Shown here: piece by piece, positions 42,004 through 57,313 of the stretch
How positions within the stretch are numbered: the stretch's first letter is position 1
Layout: each line of letters begins with the position of its first letter
Assembly (NCBI GenBank): GCA_012295275.1
Contig: CM022671.1
Span: 19,530,001 to 19,594,000, forward strand
DNA from: Chrysomallon squamiferum
Taxonomy: Eukaryota > Animalia > Mollusca
Direction: 5' to 3'
Length of the DNA stretch: 64,000 nt
Notes under the pieces: model-generated
Told to the model about the DNA's origin: nothing
What the model saw: the letters and a program-made list of their open reading frames with translations, nothing else
Databases searched by the model: none
Program-made: the position numbers and the translations under genes

Positions 42004-42671
42004 CAAATCTAGTATCAAATCTGCAAAATATATTTATGCTATTTCTCCGAAGGTACACTTCAAAACTGATATTTAATACATTTCTCAAACTGTTGTGCCT
42101 GTATTTCCTGTGATCAACATAAAGGCAATTTTAAACTTGTTACCGAACATAAAAAGTACATAACAAGAATACTCACATACGCACTCAGACATATAGACAT
42201 ATTTACATATATATAGATATATAGATAATGTTATATGCATTTGTTAAGATACAATCATTAAAATCAATAATAATATATAAGTGCCTACATGTTCTAATAT
42301 TCCAGTAATCAGATTAGGATTCTCACTGCAGTGTCTTTCTAGACGTATGGATTTATATTTTGACAGTATGCCTTATTTTCAGGTTATTTGGTAACTTCAC
42401 AGTGACAAGACTGATAAATGATACATTATTTATTACAAAAAGATAATTTAAAACTGTCTTCCTCGGTACCGACTTGAAGTTTATTAAGATTTCGTTTTCT
42501 CCCTTTTATTAGATTCATTTATCATTATCCTAGGAAAAATCAATTTTTTGTTTTGTAATTCTTCTGAATTTTTTATAAACGTAGTCTTTCTGGTTTTAAT
42601 AATTTTCATGATAGACTTTTATTCCTTTAATATTAATAATAATGATAAATTTGGTGATGATAATGATGATT

Positions 42672-42704
<33 letters not shown>

Positions 42705-42819
42705 ACGACCACAGCGAAATCACTAATTGTCTCCAAATGTAATAATGCAATAATCCAAGAGATACTCAAACGTAACAATATATGTGTCGGGAACGTAATT
42801 CAGATGTATCAAATTTGAT

Positions 42820-43076
42820 GTCTGCGAGGAACTCCAAATGTAATACTGTGCAAAACAATACGTCCAGGATGTTCTACATGTTTATTACTGTACAAAATGG
42901 TATGTGCAAGATTCACTACAAGTCTAATACTGTGCAAAACAGTACGTCTAGGATGTACTGGCAATTTAATACTGAGCAAATCAGTACGTCCAGGATATAC
43001 AACAAATTTAATAAAGTGCAATATAGTATGTCCGAGATGTACTACAAATTTAATACTGTCTGGGCAAAATAGTACA
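42820..43076. repeat. 42-bp minisatellite, about 6 diverged copies
   Basis: The unit resembles AAATTTAATACTGTGCAAAACAGTACGTCCAGGATGTACTAC. A period of 14 codons explains the three overlapping ORFs predicted here. Confidence 0.85.
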
Positions 43077-44855
43077 TTTCTAATTTTCTCCAAATTCACT
43101 GAGTCGAGAATGTGCTCCAAAATTAAAATGAATAATTTATCTACATTTTATACATCGTATTACAAAATTACAACGAAAGTAAAAACAGTTTTTATTTATT
43201 TATTTATTTATTTCGCATAACAGTCTTATGATATGAGCTTTTTGTTTCAGATTCTCGGGAAAATATCCATTTACTGCCACGAAGTAAAGATTGATTAATT
43301 AAATTTAAAACAAACTGGAGGCGACGATTTTTCTTCAATTTATTTTCATTCGCTTACGTATTTTATCAGCAAAAAAAGGCAAAGACTTCTTTTTTAAATC
43401 CCTTGGGGTACAGTATTAAATTAAGATTTGGAAAGTGAAAACGTAATTTGTTACAGAGGTGCGCGCGTTTTAGCCTATAATGTTTTCGGCTAAAATGAAT
43501 TTAAAAAAATAAAATTAATAAAAAATAAAATTATAAATTAATAATAATAATGAGAAGAAGAAGAATAATAGTAATCATCATCATTATCATAATCACAATA
43601 ATAATAATAATAATAACATTCTGTCATAAAAATATATTCTATTTGAATTAAAGAAACGATATGTATTAGTATTATACTAAAAGAAAAGGTATTCAAACGG
43701 AAAATATATGTATCATTTTTAAAAGTATTTATTACGTATATTTCATCTCCTGCAGTTTTTCAACTTCGGCAAAATAAAATTCACTTACATTTTTTTTATT
43801 GTTAAATATGACTGCTGTTGTTGCTGATGCTGCTGCTGCTCTTGCTGCTGCTGTTACTAGTACAACTACCACTGCGAATGCTACTACTATGACTACTACT
43901 ATGAATACGGCTAGTGCTACAGCTAACGTTACTGTTACTATTACTACTACCACAATTACTACTAGTGCTACCATCACAGTTACCACCACCACTATTACTA
44001 CTATGACTATTACTACTAGCATCACAATAGATTTTGCATATTCAGTCACTGCTTGCATCAAAATGACGCGCCATGTATTCTAATGTGGAATAAATAAGAA
44101 TGACTACATCAGCCATATTTACTTATAATTATTCTTACAAAACATATCGAGTGAACTCTTATGAATGAGATTCTTCTTGCTCTTATTGCATGATCGCTAA
44201 ATCAAATAGCTGGTTAATCTTACAGCCCAAGGTATTTTTTTACGTTCTGTACACACTGACATGGTCACCTCATGCTGGCCCGCCGAGTACACATACGTCC
44301 TTAAAATCGTGTAATATTGTCAAGAAGCACTTGTGTTAGTAGCTGGAGGGACATTAAGATCTCGCCAGTCTTGATGGAAGAGCCAGGGAGACAATGTAAC
44401 GTAGAACTGCTTCCCAGTGACAACCTTTAAATTATCTTATTAAGATTCGCCTTTCGAATTTGCCTCGCGAGTTTGAGAAAAATGACTGCGGAGCGTCGAT
44501 TCTTCTCCGAATACTTAAATTCCTGTCAGAGTCCAAGTCGCTGGAAAAGTTGACAGTTCGGATATTGCTGATGGCGATGATAGTGAGATGGTTTCTATCT
44601 TGTTAAAAGGGTTGAGAAAAAGCTTTGAACAGAGTCGTGTGGTGTTCCTGAGAGGCGAATTTCCTTCTTTATTTAATTTATCAAGATTCAGATCCATGTC
44701 ACTTTTTATTAATGAAAAAGAGAAGAACTTTTTTTTAAGCATTTTTTGTTATATATATTTTTTGTTGACGTTCTTTCTGACGTAATTATCGTTAATTTAT
44801 GTTCAGAATCGAGTCTTCTTGGAAATGTTTTTTTTTGTTGTTGTTTTTAATTGTT

Positions 44856-44899
<44 letters not shown>

Positions 44900-45144
44900 A
44901 ATAAATAAAATAAAAATTGAAAGATGGGAAGTAATTGATTAACTATTTAAATTTTAATATTTTTATGGTCATTTTAGTTTATTATTTCAGTTATTTTTCC
45001 ATTAAGATTATTATTAACTATTATTATACATGGACATTATTGATAGTTTTTTCTAAAAAGAACATAAATAATGAAACATAAAACATTGATCATTTTATCT
45101 AAAATAAATATATAATGAAATAATCATAATCATTTAAAATCTGT

Positions 45145-45168
45145 AACAACAACAACAACAACAACAAC

Positions 45169-45236
<68 letters not shown>
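45145..45236. repeat. Compound (AAC)n(AAT)n microsatellite
   Basis: Read directly from the sequence. Confidence 0.95.
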
Positions 45237-45237
<1 letters not shown>

Positions 45238-46330
45238 TAATAATCGTAATAGTGGTAGTAATAGTAGTTATTATGTTTTATAATCGTGTAGACTCAGTCT
45301 TATAAAACATTTTATGATCGTTATCAATTACGAGAAATAACACAAATGCGGTTTGCGTTGAAACCAGTATGCATTTGTCAGCTTCAGGAATGAACAAGAA
45401 AAAATATCCAAGACGTATAAGAGATCAAATTTTTCAAAATCAATTACAATCTTCTCTTTCGTTTTAAATTCCGGCATTTCATGGAAGCGTCGCAGTAATT
45501 CAAAGGATCGACCAGCCGATACGCCAATAGCGATCATCAGTGTTCTAAATTGGGACTATCTGTTATCTGTTCTTTAACTATCTGTGGGATCTCTCACGGG
45601 ACTTTAGTGGCTGATGTTATTCAGGTTTTCAGATATCCAAGTTGCCTTTGATTTCGAGTTTCTGTAGAACCTGTGGTCAGGGTGATAAAGAAGGAAATTG
45701 GTTTAACCCATTCGCCGATACAAAACTGTGTTAAATAACATAGAATTAATAGATCAGAAATGAAACTAATACAAAAGTACAGGTCTAAAAGCAGATGTCA
45801 TTAAAATTAAAATTAACTGGTTCTCCGATTTTTCTCTCTTTTATTTTTTATCATCATCATAATAATGTAATCTTTAATTTTTCATTGATTTTAAAATATA
45901 ATTTAATATTTAATTTCCTTCTATATTATTTATAAATAGTTGTTCTGAACAACATATAATTTATGAGTTTTCACGCCTGCATTAATTTTATTTTATTTTT
46001 GAGAGATAGGTGGTTAATTTGTGTTGTTATATTATGCATGTATATCCATAACTACGTACGTACTTGAATGAACATACATTTCTGGGATTTATCTTACTTG
46101 TTAGTCGTAAACATTTATTTTTGTTTCGCCACCCTGTCCTCGTCAACGCTGTAATCTAAATATTTGTTGCAAATCAAGGAAGAATGTCCAAAACGCAGTT
46201 ACTCAAACCGTTTAGCACTTGTGTGATACCAGATAAAAAATAAAAAAATGAAATTAAAGGGAAATAATACTGATGATAATAATTATACTCAGAATTCCCT
46301 CCCTTGTTTTCATTTATTTTATTATTAATA

Positions 46331-46414
<84 letters not shown>

Positions 46415-46625
46415 TTATTCATATTATTTCACAAAAAATTCACTATCTTCAGAATTAACAATGATTTGATATTTCAAAATTAAATAATAATGCACTCACA
46501 AACACGGTATATGCGTGTTTATATGAACTTACAAAATGTGTGTGAGTGCTTGCGTCCAAATATGACAGAGAAAATGAAAACGAATATTTTTATTCTCAGT
46601 CCACAGACACACCACACACACACAC

Positions 46626-46656
<31 letters not shown>

Positions 46657-47927
46657 TCTGATTAATCGTAATATATTAAGGATGTGTACGAAATCATTTT
46701 AAAATTAATTATTTTAAAATATATATAGGCCATTTTCTACCAATATAAAATCGGTCACAAAGAAATATAATTAATCAGTTTAAGAAAAATTGTTATGCGA
46801 TACCGAATATTCTATTTTTGTATTCATCAAAACAGTTATTGTCATTACTCTAAGTGTCTATCAATACCAATACTTAATTAATATAATTATCTGTGCAATA
46901 AAATGAATAGACATTAACTTAATAGTTTTTTTTTCTTCTGTGCCTACTGATATTTCATTTAATACGAATCTAAATATGTGTTAGTGTATATTAAGCAACC
47001 GTTAAGCAGTGCTGGCGATCATATTACATAGGCATTGTTTTCATAGCAAACGTTGCTGTTATATCTTAGCAATGAGGCTGACTTTGTTATTTAGAGTTGA
47101 TTTTTGTTGTTCTTATTTTTGTTGTTGTTGTTGTTGTTTTGTTGTTGTTTTTTCTATTACGTGAAGATCTGATGGCTTTTTTTGTGTCTTTATTTTATTA
47201 TTATTGTTGTAATATTTAGTGACAGCGTTTAATGTAGTCTTGATTTTTTATTTATTTACTTACTTATTTGTTTATTTTATTTTATTTTATTTTATTTTAT
47301 GTGAACTTATAGTATTAGATTTTGATACTATCTTCTCTTTTTTTCAGTTGTTTTTTGTTTATTTATTATTATTATTAGTAGTAGTAGTAGTAGTAGTAGT
47401 ATTTCTTGTGTATAAAGGATAAAATACAGTTTTATTAAACTACAGACTTATATTAGTTAATTGATTTTGTTTTCCCATTCTAAGAATTAGAACATACTTT
47501 GAATATAACAAAGTCCATTTTCAAATTTAAAACTGAAATAATAAAATCTACCATTAATATTCAATCATTTGTATTTTGTTACTGTCTACACATATCTTTT
47601 ACCTAAGATATTAGCGAATTTAATACTCTGTTGCATACATCCGACAAATGATCTTTAACTAGTTAAATAATAGCACAGTCTATAAAATAAGTACTTATAT
47701 AAGTCCCAACAACACCTGTGTCGAGGTATAATGGTTTTCTTTGCCTAAGGCAGTGGAGAAATCGTGTAACTTACCATCGCTTCTTAACTAATGTGACTTC
47801 TTTTCTTGACTTTAGTTTGTTTCAAAACGTGTTGAAAGCACTGTTTCTATCAACTAGATTTGGTTGTTTGTTTACTTGTTTCCTCTATTTTGTTGAAATG
47901 TTTAATTTATTTTGCTTAAGACAAAAC

Positions 47928-47928
<1 letters not shown>

Positions 47929-47996
<68 letters not shown>
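47929..47996. repeat. Perfect 68-bp AT-only palindrome (TAA)11T-A(TTA)11
   Basis: Head-to-head AAT/ATT microsatellites with no spacer, centred at 47962/47963, with both arms 34 nt. Confidence 0.9.
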
Positions 47997-47998
<2 letters not shown>

Positions 47999-48068
47999 AC
48001 AATAATAATAATTATAACGTAATAAATGACTGAAACTAAATTCTAAAATTTAATTACTTAGAAAAATA

Positions 48069-48206
<138 letters not shown>

Positions 48207-49046
48207 GTTACTGAATACATTTCTTCGCAGATGTTAGATGAAAAGGTTTAAAGGCAAACTGTTACCTACTCTGTTCATTTTCCAATCGATATTTTGCACT
48301 ACTCAAAATTTCATCTTCTTATGGTCGTGGTTAACGTCTAATTTCATCATCTTGTTTGTTACCTCTAAATAGATTACACATTCAGATTAACAGAACGAAT
48401 TTCTTATTGCAAACCTATAAATTAAAACAAAATTTAGTTTTCTCCTTTGAATGAAAATCAAACTTGCATTTCAGAAAACCGGAATATTTTATTTCTTTCT
48501 CAAGAATGGGAGAAGGATATCATGCTGAACCCAATTAATTTTTGTTTTCTTTTGTCTTTTTTTTTAAAAGGTCTCCAACTCATTTCTGTTTGACGTGATA
48601 CAATTTATCTCAGACCTTTTTAATAGGTTTACCCAGACGTCTTTTATTATGATTTTCCATTTACCATCAGGGATGCGAGGAAGTTCAGTCCTGTTTAGAC
48701 GAAGGTCCCATCTGCGAGATAAATACCAAATATATTATTTCAGTGAATCTAAACTGAAGCTGTCACTAGCCGTGTTCTTTAATCCGTTAATAAACACACA
48801 TTATCGTGTTACTACATGTTATTATCACGTATTTTTTTCGCAGAATTTACACCCAGTCTGGTAGGCAGGCTTTGATAATAATTGTTTCTCTTACCGAATT
48901 TAACACAATAAAGTAAAAACAGCTTTTTTATATATTGCTAATTCGTTTAGACTGGAATGTGCAGAAATAAATTGGCCGAATTCCAAAACAGAATATAAAA
49001 TGTTTTCTATAAAACTTAACATCGGTTCTTTGTTGTTTGTTTTCAA

Positions 49047-49049
<3 letters not shown>

Positions 49050-49120
<71 letters not shown>
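49050..49120. repeat. (TC)n microsatellite
   Basis: Read directly from the sequence. Confidence 0.97.
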
Positions 49121-49123
<3 letters not shown>

Positions 49124-52100
49124 CGTCTGTCAAAAGAATTATGTAATGCCGCCATTTAGATGTATATGTGTATGTTTAAACTGGTACTCAACATTTCAAT
49201 ATATTTATGATATTTATGATCAGTTTTCTATTAATTAAATTTACCTATCTCAGAATCAAACATAAAATCAGTAGGGGAAAAAAACGAAACTGTTACAAAT
49301 GTAATTAAATTCGGTGATATGGAAACGTCTGTGAGCTATAAAACAGTGAGAAAGTATTTTAAAAAATTAAACCAGTCGACACGACAGCTCTTGTAGCTAA
49401 GCGTTAATTAATATCTTTATTATTTAATCTTAGGAATGGAAGTCCGACTGTGATGTTGATTGTCTTGCCTAAATGAATTCAATATATCACGTTATTTTAC
49501 AAGGTTAACGGGCAACGACACAGAGTTCGTTCACAGTAAAGACGAAAACCATCGACAACGACAACAACAACACTGGTTTTAACGTCTGATAATTCCAAGA
49601 CATTGACCATATTGTGAACAAAATAATAGCAGAGGAAGATGCAATGTTTCCATTATGCCTTGATCTGGATTCTCTCAGATGTGTTTTATGTCAGAATGAT
49701 TCGTTAATGGATGAAACCCCCCAGCCAAATTGTAGCGCAGGCGAATTGATTCCATCGTCCTAAAAACACCTTTCTGAGGGGCGAATCTAAAAATGTCTTA
49801 CCTCATTTTGTTTATTTTATGCTCTCTTCGGACATCTTATATATGAGACGGCAATCACTGTGTTTAATAATCTCAGTACATTATAATCATGTTCTTGATG
49901 AAAAACAGTTTAATTTGAGCTGCCAAAGCTAGATTTATTTAATAAAGCCCCTCTTGAGAAATACCCATCTCAAAATACCACTGACTTATCCTGGCGTGAT
50001 ACCATAATTTGGAATAACTGCTTCCATCAGTCGAAGATTAATATTGCTTCTGTCAAACAATAATGTATCGAACTTTTGCCCTTGTCAAACATTTAAATAG
50101 TGAACTGAGTGTTTGCTTCTTCTGAATTTGTGCATAACAGAACCACATTGTTATCTTATGTACGTTGTTTCTTATCGGCCTAAATACACACGTTGTAAAA
50201 TAATTGCATAACATACATATTTCATAACATATAGCACAGTCTTCTGTTAATGAATATTTATGCCAAACAACCGTCCACGAATACATGGATGATGCAGAAT
50301 TTTTACTTTTTTTATTGGTGTGTTCTCAGATGTAGTATCTGTCTTTGGTCTTCGATGGATTGATATTTTTATAATGAAAATGGAAGCATCTTGATTATTT
50401 GTTATTTGATTGCTGATTTTTCTCTGTTACACAGACACAAAAACACACACATTAATGCACTCACTCACAAACGTATATTTAAATACATACATACATATAC
50501 ATTTATACATACGTGTATACATATATACTGATGAAGAAAATAATCAAACGATTGGTTAAGATTACGTATTATGTATTTCTGACATAGAATTAAACCATAT
50601 ATATAATGTATAACGAATACTTTGAATATTTTCTTCATCAACACCTTATTTTCTTTATCAATATCTTAATCAGCAAGTTATTTTTATCATCCTAATTGTT
50701 ATTATTTCATCAGTGTAACATATTTTTTAACCTTACTGTCACTGATCCTCTGTTTGTTCTATTTGATACTTTTATTAATATCGTTACAACAGTAATTATA
50801 TTTACATAATGTCCAGTACACTACTTTCACGGCAATTTCTCTACCAGATGTTACTAATTCAATACAGTAATAATACTTCCACTTCTTATAAAACGATTAT
50901 AACTGCAGTTATAGTCCCAGTTATTTTCATTTCGATAAATATTACCGTCACAGTTTACTAATTCAATAACTACAGTTGATACAAAAAAAGCGTACTAATG
51001 CAGTAACTGCAATTAATACAACAGTGACCATCTTAATTTTACTAATTCTCCAGCCACAATTACCACCATTGTTTATTATTTCAGTAACCATTATTAGTTC
51101 CCATAACATTTCACTGATTTAGTAACTTATATAAAACGTAACTTACCATATTTGAGTTCAAAATCGAAAACCGTAATACCTACAGTAAATTAAGCGGAAT
51201 CATTTTTATGTAAAGGTACAAATGCAGAATTCTTATTTTCAGCTAAAAAAGATCAGAACTTTAAAATTAAAAACATTGTTTTAAAAACAAACGCACATAG
51301 ACATGTATGTGTGTGTGTATTTCGTACACAAAACAGTAAAGTGTAAAGGCAAGGTGATACTGACGAACCCATTAGAGAACGTCTAGACTGAAAAGACATT
51401 AAACACAAATACGTCACCTATAATATTATTTTAGAGATTGATTTACTTTTGACAGATTGTTGAAATCCATGTAAATAAGTCTAACCGAAACCTTTATAGT
51501 GTCTGTTACTTATAATATTTATTTCTGCATATGCAGTTTGCAAGTTTACATTTATAGAATTAACCGTAATAATAGAAATAGTCTTGATAATAATAATAAT
51601 AATAATAATGATAAAACACCAATAATAATAGCAAAAAAACGACAACAAAAACAATAACAGCAACAACAACAATAATAATAGCAAAACAAACGACAACAAA
51701 AATAATACCAACAACAATAATATTATTAACAATAACAATAATAACAGTTATAAGAATGATAACAACAAACAGACTTATGATGACCTTGGAAAGTATAACG
51801 AGTAACTACTGTAATTGGTATTTATTCACAGACACTTAAATAACTGGCAGTAAGTATTTTCACAGTGGATGTATCCGGCGGGTTACTTCAAAACACACAT
51901 GTTCTTTATTTTACAAGACACTGATTCATTTATCATTTAACATCCACTTGTACACACATTTACGCTTCTCCATTCCGAGATGAAACAAAACTGCCGTTTC
52001 TACAAAAGTGCTTGAGAATGGTACCGAAATCCCATACACGTGTTACCATGGTTCTTTTTGATCGTCTTGTTGCTAACGTGCACGTAATGAGGTGGAAACT

Positions 52101-53972
52101 TGCAGAAGTTTAACATCTCAATGAACGTTTTAACACGGCAAATCCGTTAATTACTTTGCTGGACTGAAGAGTCCTCGCTGCGGCAAGAAATTGGGTTTAT
52201 TACTACTTCGGCGTTGCAAGCGTTTTAGTGTAGATTTAAACTAACATTATCATTCTAAGAAACCGTAGTGTCAGACATAAGATATGGAAAGCTGAGCGCA
52301 TGCAGACGGTAAAAACAAGTGATCTTTCGCGGCATCTTTCTTTCATTTGCTCACAGGTAATAAAACATGTTTGAGGTGTAGGTCGCGGCGTTCAACTGAA
52401 GAAAATGTTCTGTTCCGTGAAGCAAGCAAAACAAACAAGGAAATAGAAAATAAATAAAAGAGTTGAACGTAGCGCAAAAGTAGTGATCATACATGTTTTC
52501 AAGCTCTTAGATTTCTATTTTTCACTCTATCTATGTCTATCTGTCTATCTAAGCGTATCTAAATATTTCTATATTTTTTTTTTTATTGAAAGTTATTGCT
52601 GTTGTTTTTGGCGATTGAGTTAGTAGTTTGTTATTTAATTTCTTTTTGATGAAATGCTGATGTTCTAGTAGACTGATATGTAGAATATATTCTTCGAACT
52701 AAACATGTTTTTTATGAACTGCAGGGTACTTGGCTTGGCAATAGTTTTTCTATAACTAAATATATGTTGAAACTTGTTTGACCTGGGTTTCATTCCCAGC
52801 TAAAATCCTAAAAAGTCTCAGGTATCAATGGCAATTTTAACAGAGTCACGAAGTTTTTCAAAATTAATATATGAGTCATTTAGTACATAAAAATATTGGA
52901 GATAAATCTGTATTATTCCCAAATAAGAATTTGAGTTTGAAAACCGCACATTTAAATGCTATTTTCAGAACATAATTTTGGATATTTATATTTCAGAAAT
53001 GATTTAAGAGTACAAGATCATTGCAAAATCCTGTTAAAAACATTTTGACAATCGTATTTCAGAAATGAAAAGTATTTGACTTCGATACTTGTAGTCTGGT
53101 GAAGATAGTCACCGAGTTACCGTAATCTTCTTTGCTGGAATAAATCTGAAGTCAACACACATAAGGTCCTGAAAAAAGATCCTAGCTATCAACAAGTGAC
53201 AGATTTCCCAAGAGAATGTCCCAGATTGAAAATTGTTCACTGTTCAGAATCAATTTATATCACACAAAAACCTTGACGTCGTCAGTTTTCTGATCTGATT
53301 TATTATTCAGCCGGCACAAAGGAAAGTGTAAGTAAACTCTTGCACATCGCGTACCACTCTGTTTATAATTGGTGTTATTTCTGACTCGCAGATATCACGT
53401 TAAAAACGTGGACAGGAGATTCTCTCGAGATTGAAGCTGAAGTAATTGGCACCACTGTAATAGGTTAGATCATTAGACATTCTCCACCTCTCGACTTTAA
53501 TTATGGCTTCGATAGCACCTCAGATGGCTTTTATTTCTTGACTATTCTCTTACTTATTACCCAAAATAATGATACTAAAAATGAAGTTTAAATAGTGTAT
53601 TGCACGAATACTTCATTACCAGAGCACTTCGTCTTCGCTTAGATTAGTGATGATCATAAAAAAGTAATTTCTGATATTGTCAAAAATGGGGCAGTGCTTT
53701 GCCATCAGAGTTACATTACGAAGGGTGCCAGAGGATAGAGTTATTTTAACAGTCTAGATGTGCTGTTATTGAAGTTTTACCGAAACATTATTTACAACTA
53801 ACACTGGAAAAATGTATCTGAAGGGCATTTGTAGAACGTGTGTGTGTAAAATAGTATTATAACAGTTAATGCAGTTAATTATTATACTTGTATTTACATA
53901 ATATGTATGTATGTATGAATGTAATGTAGGCATCTTAGATACTTGAGCTACCAACATATCTATATCTGTCTA

Positions 53973-54007
<35 letters not shown>

Positions 54008-54234
54008 ATATCTCTCTCAGAGGCTTTGATATGTAACATAAACATACCATTAAGACAAATTATCAAATTAAAGCCCGGAATTTTGCATGGATATGATTTC
54101 ATATTTTATAAATTATCTCTACAAATATTACAAGAATATGACTTAATGCTTAAGAAGTTTTGTTGATCTGCAGACAAATTTGCAAATAATTAAATGATAA
54201 AACTGTATTCTATTTTTATTTAATGAATGGTCAA

Positions 54235-54313
54235 ATTCTTTGCTTACTGGCAATGTGATTTATGTGGTGAAATTACAAATATATATATATATATACACAC
54301 ATACACACATAAA

Positions 54314-54362
<49 letters not shown>

Positions 54363-54407
54363 TATTCTTTGTTTACTGGCAATGTGAATTATTATCTGAA
54401 ATTGCAA
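54235..54407. repeat. Diverged 44-bp direct repeat pair flanking (TA)n/(CA)n tracts
   Basis: ATTCTTTGCTTACTGGCAATGTGATTTATGTGGTGAAATTACAA (54235) versus ATTCTTTGTTTACTGGCAATGTGAATTATTATCTGAAATTGCAA (54364). Confidence 0.75.
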
Positions 54408-57279
54408 CCTCTGAGACAGAGTTTCTGACGAATAAAATCGCGATTTCTTTAATGGTTTCCCAATCTCTGAGAGTCTCTGGCAAATGAATGAATAATTTGA
54501 TTGCCTTTATCGGCGATGAAACAGTGCATAGCTTCCATTTATCAAGATTACTGATATCCCCGATAACAAATTTTAATAACGATGTTTATTTTTCTCATGC
54601 GAAGTCACTAACATTTCAGAAAACATAAAATTGGACATTTGTTTTTGTTTAATTTCATCACATATCATAATTTTTTGGTTTTATTTATTTTTTAATGGTT
54701 TTCTCTTTCGTGGATTTAAGTTGATTATTGCCATTTTGGGTAATTAATTGAAATTAATTTCATACCTATTTAGGCAAAGTAGCTCCATTAACGAACCAGT
54801 ACGTATAGTACGTATTATGTATTAATTAGCCATAATCTCACATTTAATTACTTGCCAAGCAATACAACCAGTAATAAACGATTTGCTACTTTAGTGAAAT
54901 AAAGTACAGATGAGTCTGTAGAAATATTCCCATTTAGTTATTACTAACAGAATCGAATTGTCTTAATCTCATCTAATTAAAAAACATTAAACTTTAATGT
55001 CGTGGTTATAAAATTACACATAATTGGATTATTTGTGAATATATATATATGTATGGTTTGCGGGTTTTGTCTGTTATTAACTGTCATTTAGTCAATTTAC
55101 AGGAATTATGGATTATGGTCCAGATAAGTTCTGAATTAATTACTTGCACGTTCTTTTTGATTTAATGTGGAAATGACCGGTCGACTGATTAAATTAATTT
55201 CTCTTTTATGTCCACCGAATAGTGCGTACCTATTTGTTTGTTTGTGTTTTTGTTTGTTTGTTTGTTTTACAAACCGTCACACTGACTTATATATCTATTT
55301 ATTCTATCGGTCACTTAGTTTATTTTAATCTGCTGTCGTTATTCCTATTTCGGTAAAATATGTCAAACACATCACGTTAAGTTTCGAATTATGACCTCGG
55401 GAAATTCCTAAAGAAGATTTGTTCCTGAAAATACTCTCATAAGGATTTGTTCACTTAGCTGACGTGCAGCTTTAATCCCAGTATCTCATCTAAAAGTCAA
55501 AATGTGTTTTCACGTCATTATTATCACGGATAATTCCACATTATATGTTTTATCCAGAACTTAACCACAGGTGACAAAACAGGCGTCATGCGTATTCAAG
55601 ACGTATTCCACTGGCGTGAGACTGAAACAAAATATGGATTTTTGAAAAACCAACATATTGATTTATTGTCATTCAGCTTGCTGGCCGCGTGAAAAAGTAG
55701 TCCTTATTAATGCCAGAATATGGCAGTAGAAAAGATTTGAATTACAGTGTATTGTAGTTGAAGAGGTTCTTTCGGAGAATCGCCATAACCATTAGGTACC
55801 AATTTTTAAAGACCTTTTAGTCTTTAAATATAGCATTTCAATAAAACAGACCACTTGTAATACTGAAATAAATCTTCATCGCCTTTTCGAAAATTTGCTG
55901 TTTGTATTTCTGCATCCATTATTGCATGTCTGATTTTAAATAACGTCTAAATGCTAATCTCTATTATACCTTAATATATTAATAAAAATATTTTGCGTTG
56001 TTGAGTGTAGAATTGTGGATGTGACAGTAATAGCTAACAACATGAATAAACAAAGTACCAGTTCAAATATTTAGTTTTAATTATCAGTTATTAATTATTC
56101 CACATAATTGTTTAAATATTACTCATGTTCAATTATAATACCCACACAGAAGTTATAATTAAGGTATTTTCTTTTAGTCGTTTATTATATAGGCTAGAGA
56201 TAGATAAAAGATTTAATATCTCTCTCTGGTTATGAATTTACTATTACGATGCGTGCGGCGTACTCATTAATATTAAATGCCATTAAAATTGTCAACCATC
56301 TTTTGTCTGCTGCTACGCAGGAAACCTTTATGTCTGGGGTTTTAACAACATCTAGGTATCAGTCTATCAGGGTTACGCCTAAAACTCTCTGAAAACATTA
56401 CTAACAAATAAAAGAAAAGGTGAAAATCGTGACTTATACAATTTATTTTTATTCCACATTGAGTGCATTCTGCACATTTGTAACTTTGTATTCACTTCTA
56501 AAATATCACAGATTTCAGACACTGGAAATATGAAAGATATTGTCTTTAAAATTAATTTGTAGTCAACTGACTCAGTTTTTAATGATATATTCGCATTTAC
56601 AAAACAAAATTACAAAGAAACTAATGTTCATAATTACAAAGAGAAAGAGATATAAAAAAAATAGAAAACACGTTTTTGTTTTTCACAATATATATGTGTG
56701 TGTGTGTGTGTGTGTTTGTGTGTGTGTATATATATATATATAACTGCGCAGTTTAAACATTTTTTATTCAACATTTTCTCTTTTTTCTTCTTGTTATTCG
56801 TTTTCATAAAATAATCACACTGTGGCAACTCCGAGAAAAACAGCAGAGGAAAGAATAAAAATAAAAAAACAGAAAAGGAAAAAATCTTTATCATCATTTT
56901 GATTTTAGATATTAGTCATTGTGTAATGCCCGGGATAAATAGTACTAAAATTAATTCTAACATTATATTTTTTATTAAAATGAAAGCGATCTCATTTTTT
57001 CTAATCATGCCCTGAATTGTATACCTTTTCATAAACTGTGTTGTACAACATATGGATCTTTTAACATATGTTTAAGAAATGGCAATAAAAACAGTTCTGA
57101 GCATAAAATAACATCTACAAACGTGTCTGTCGGTTGGATCTAGCTGTATAGATGGATAGGTTGGTAATTAAGTCGGATGGTATTTGCATACCTATGTATA
57201 TTCATGTTTCTGTGTGTCTACTTAAATGTCTGTCTGTCTATCTATATCTATCTATCTATCTATCTATATATATATTTAC

Positions 57280-57313
<34 letters not shown>

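Noticed and set aside
43732-44083. Thr/Ala-rich mucin-like ORF and antisense Val-rich ORF
   Set aside because: Degenerate (ACT/GCT)n trinucleotide tract with no signal peptide, domain or convincing splice sites.
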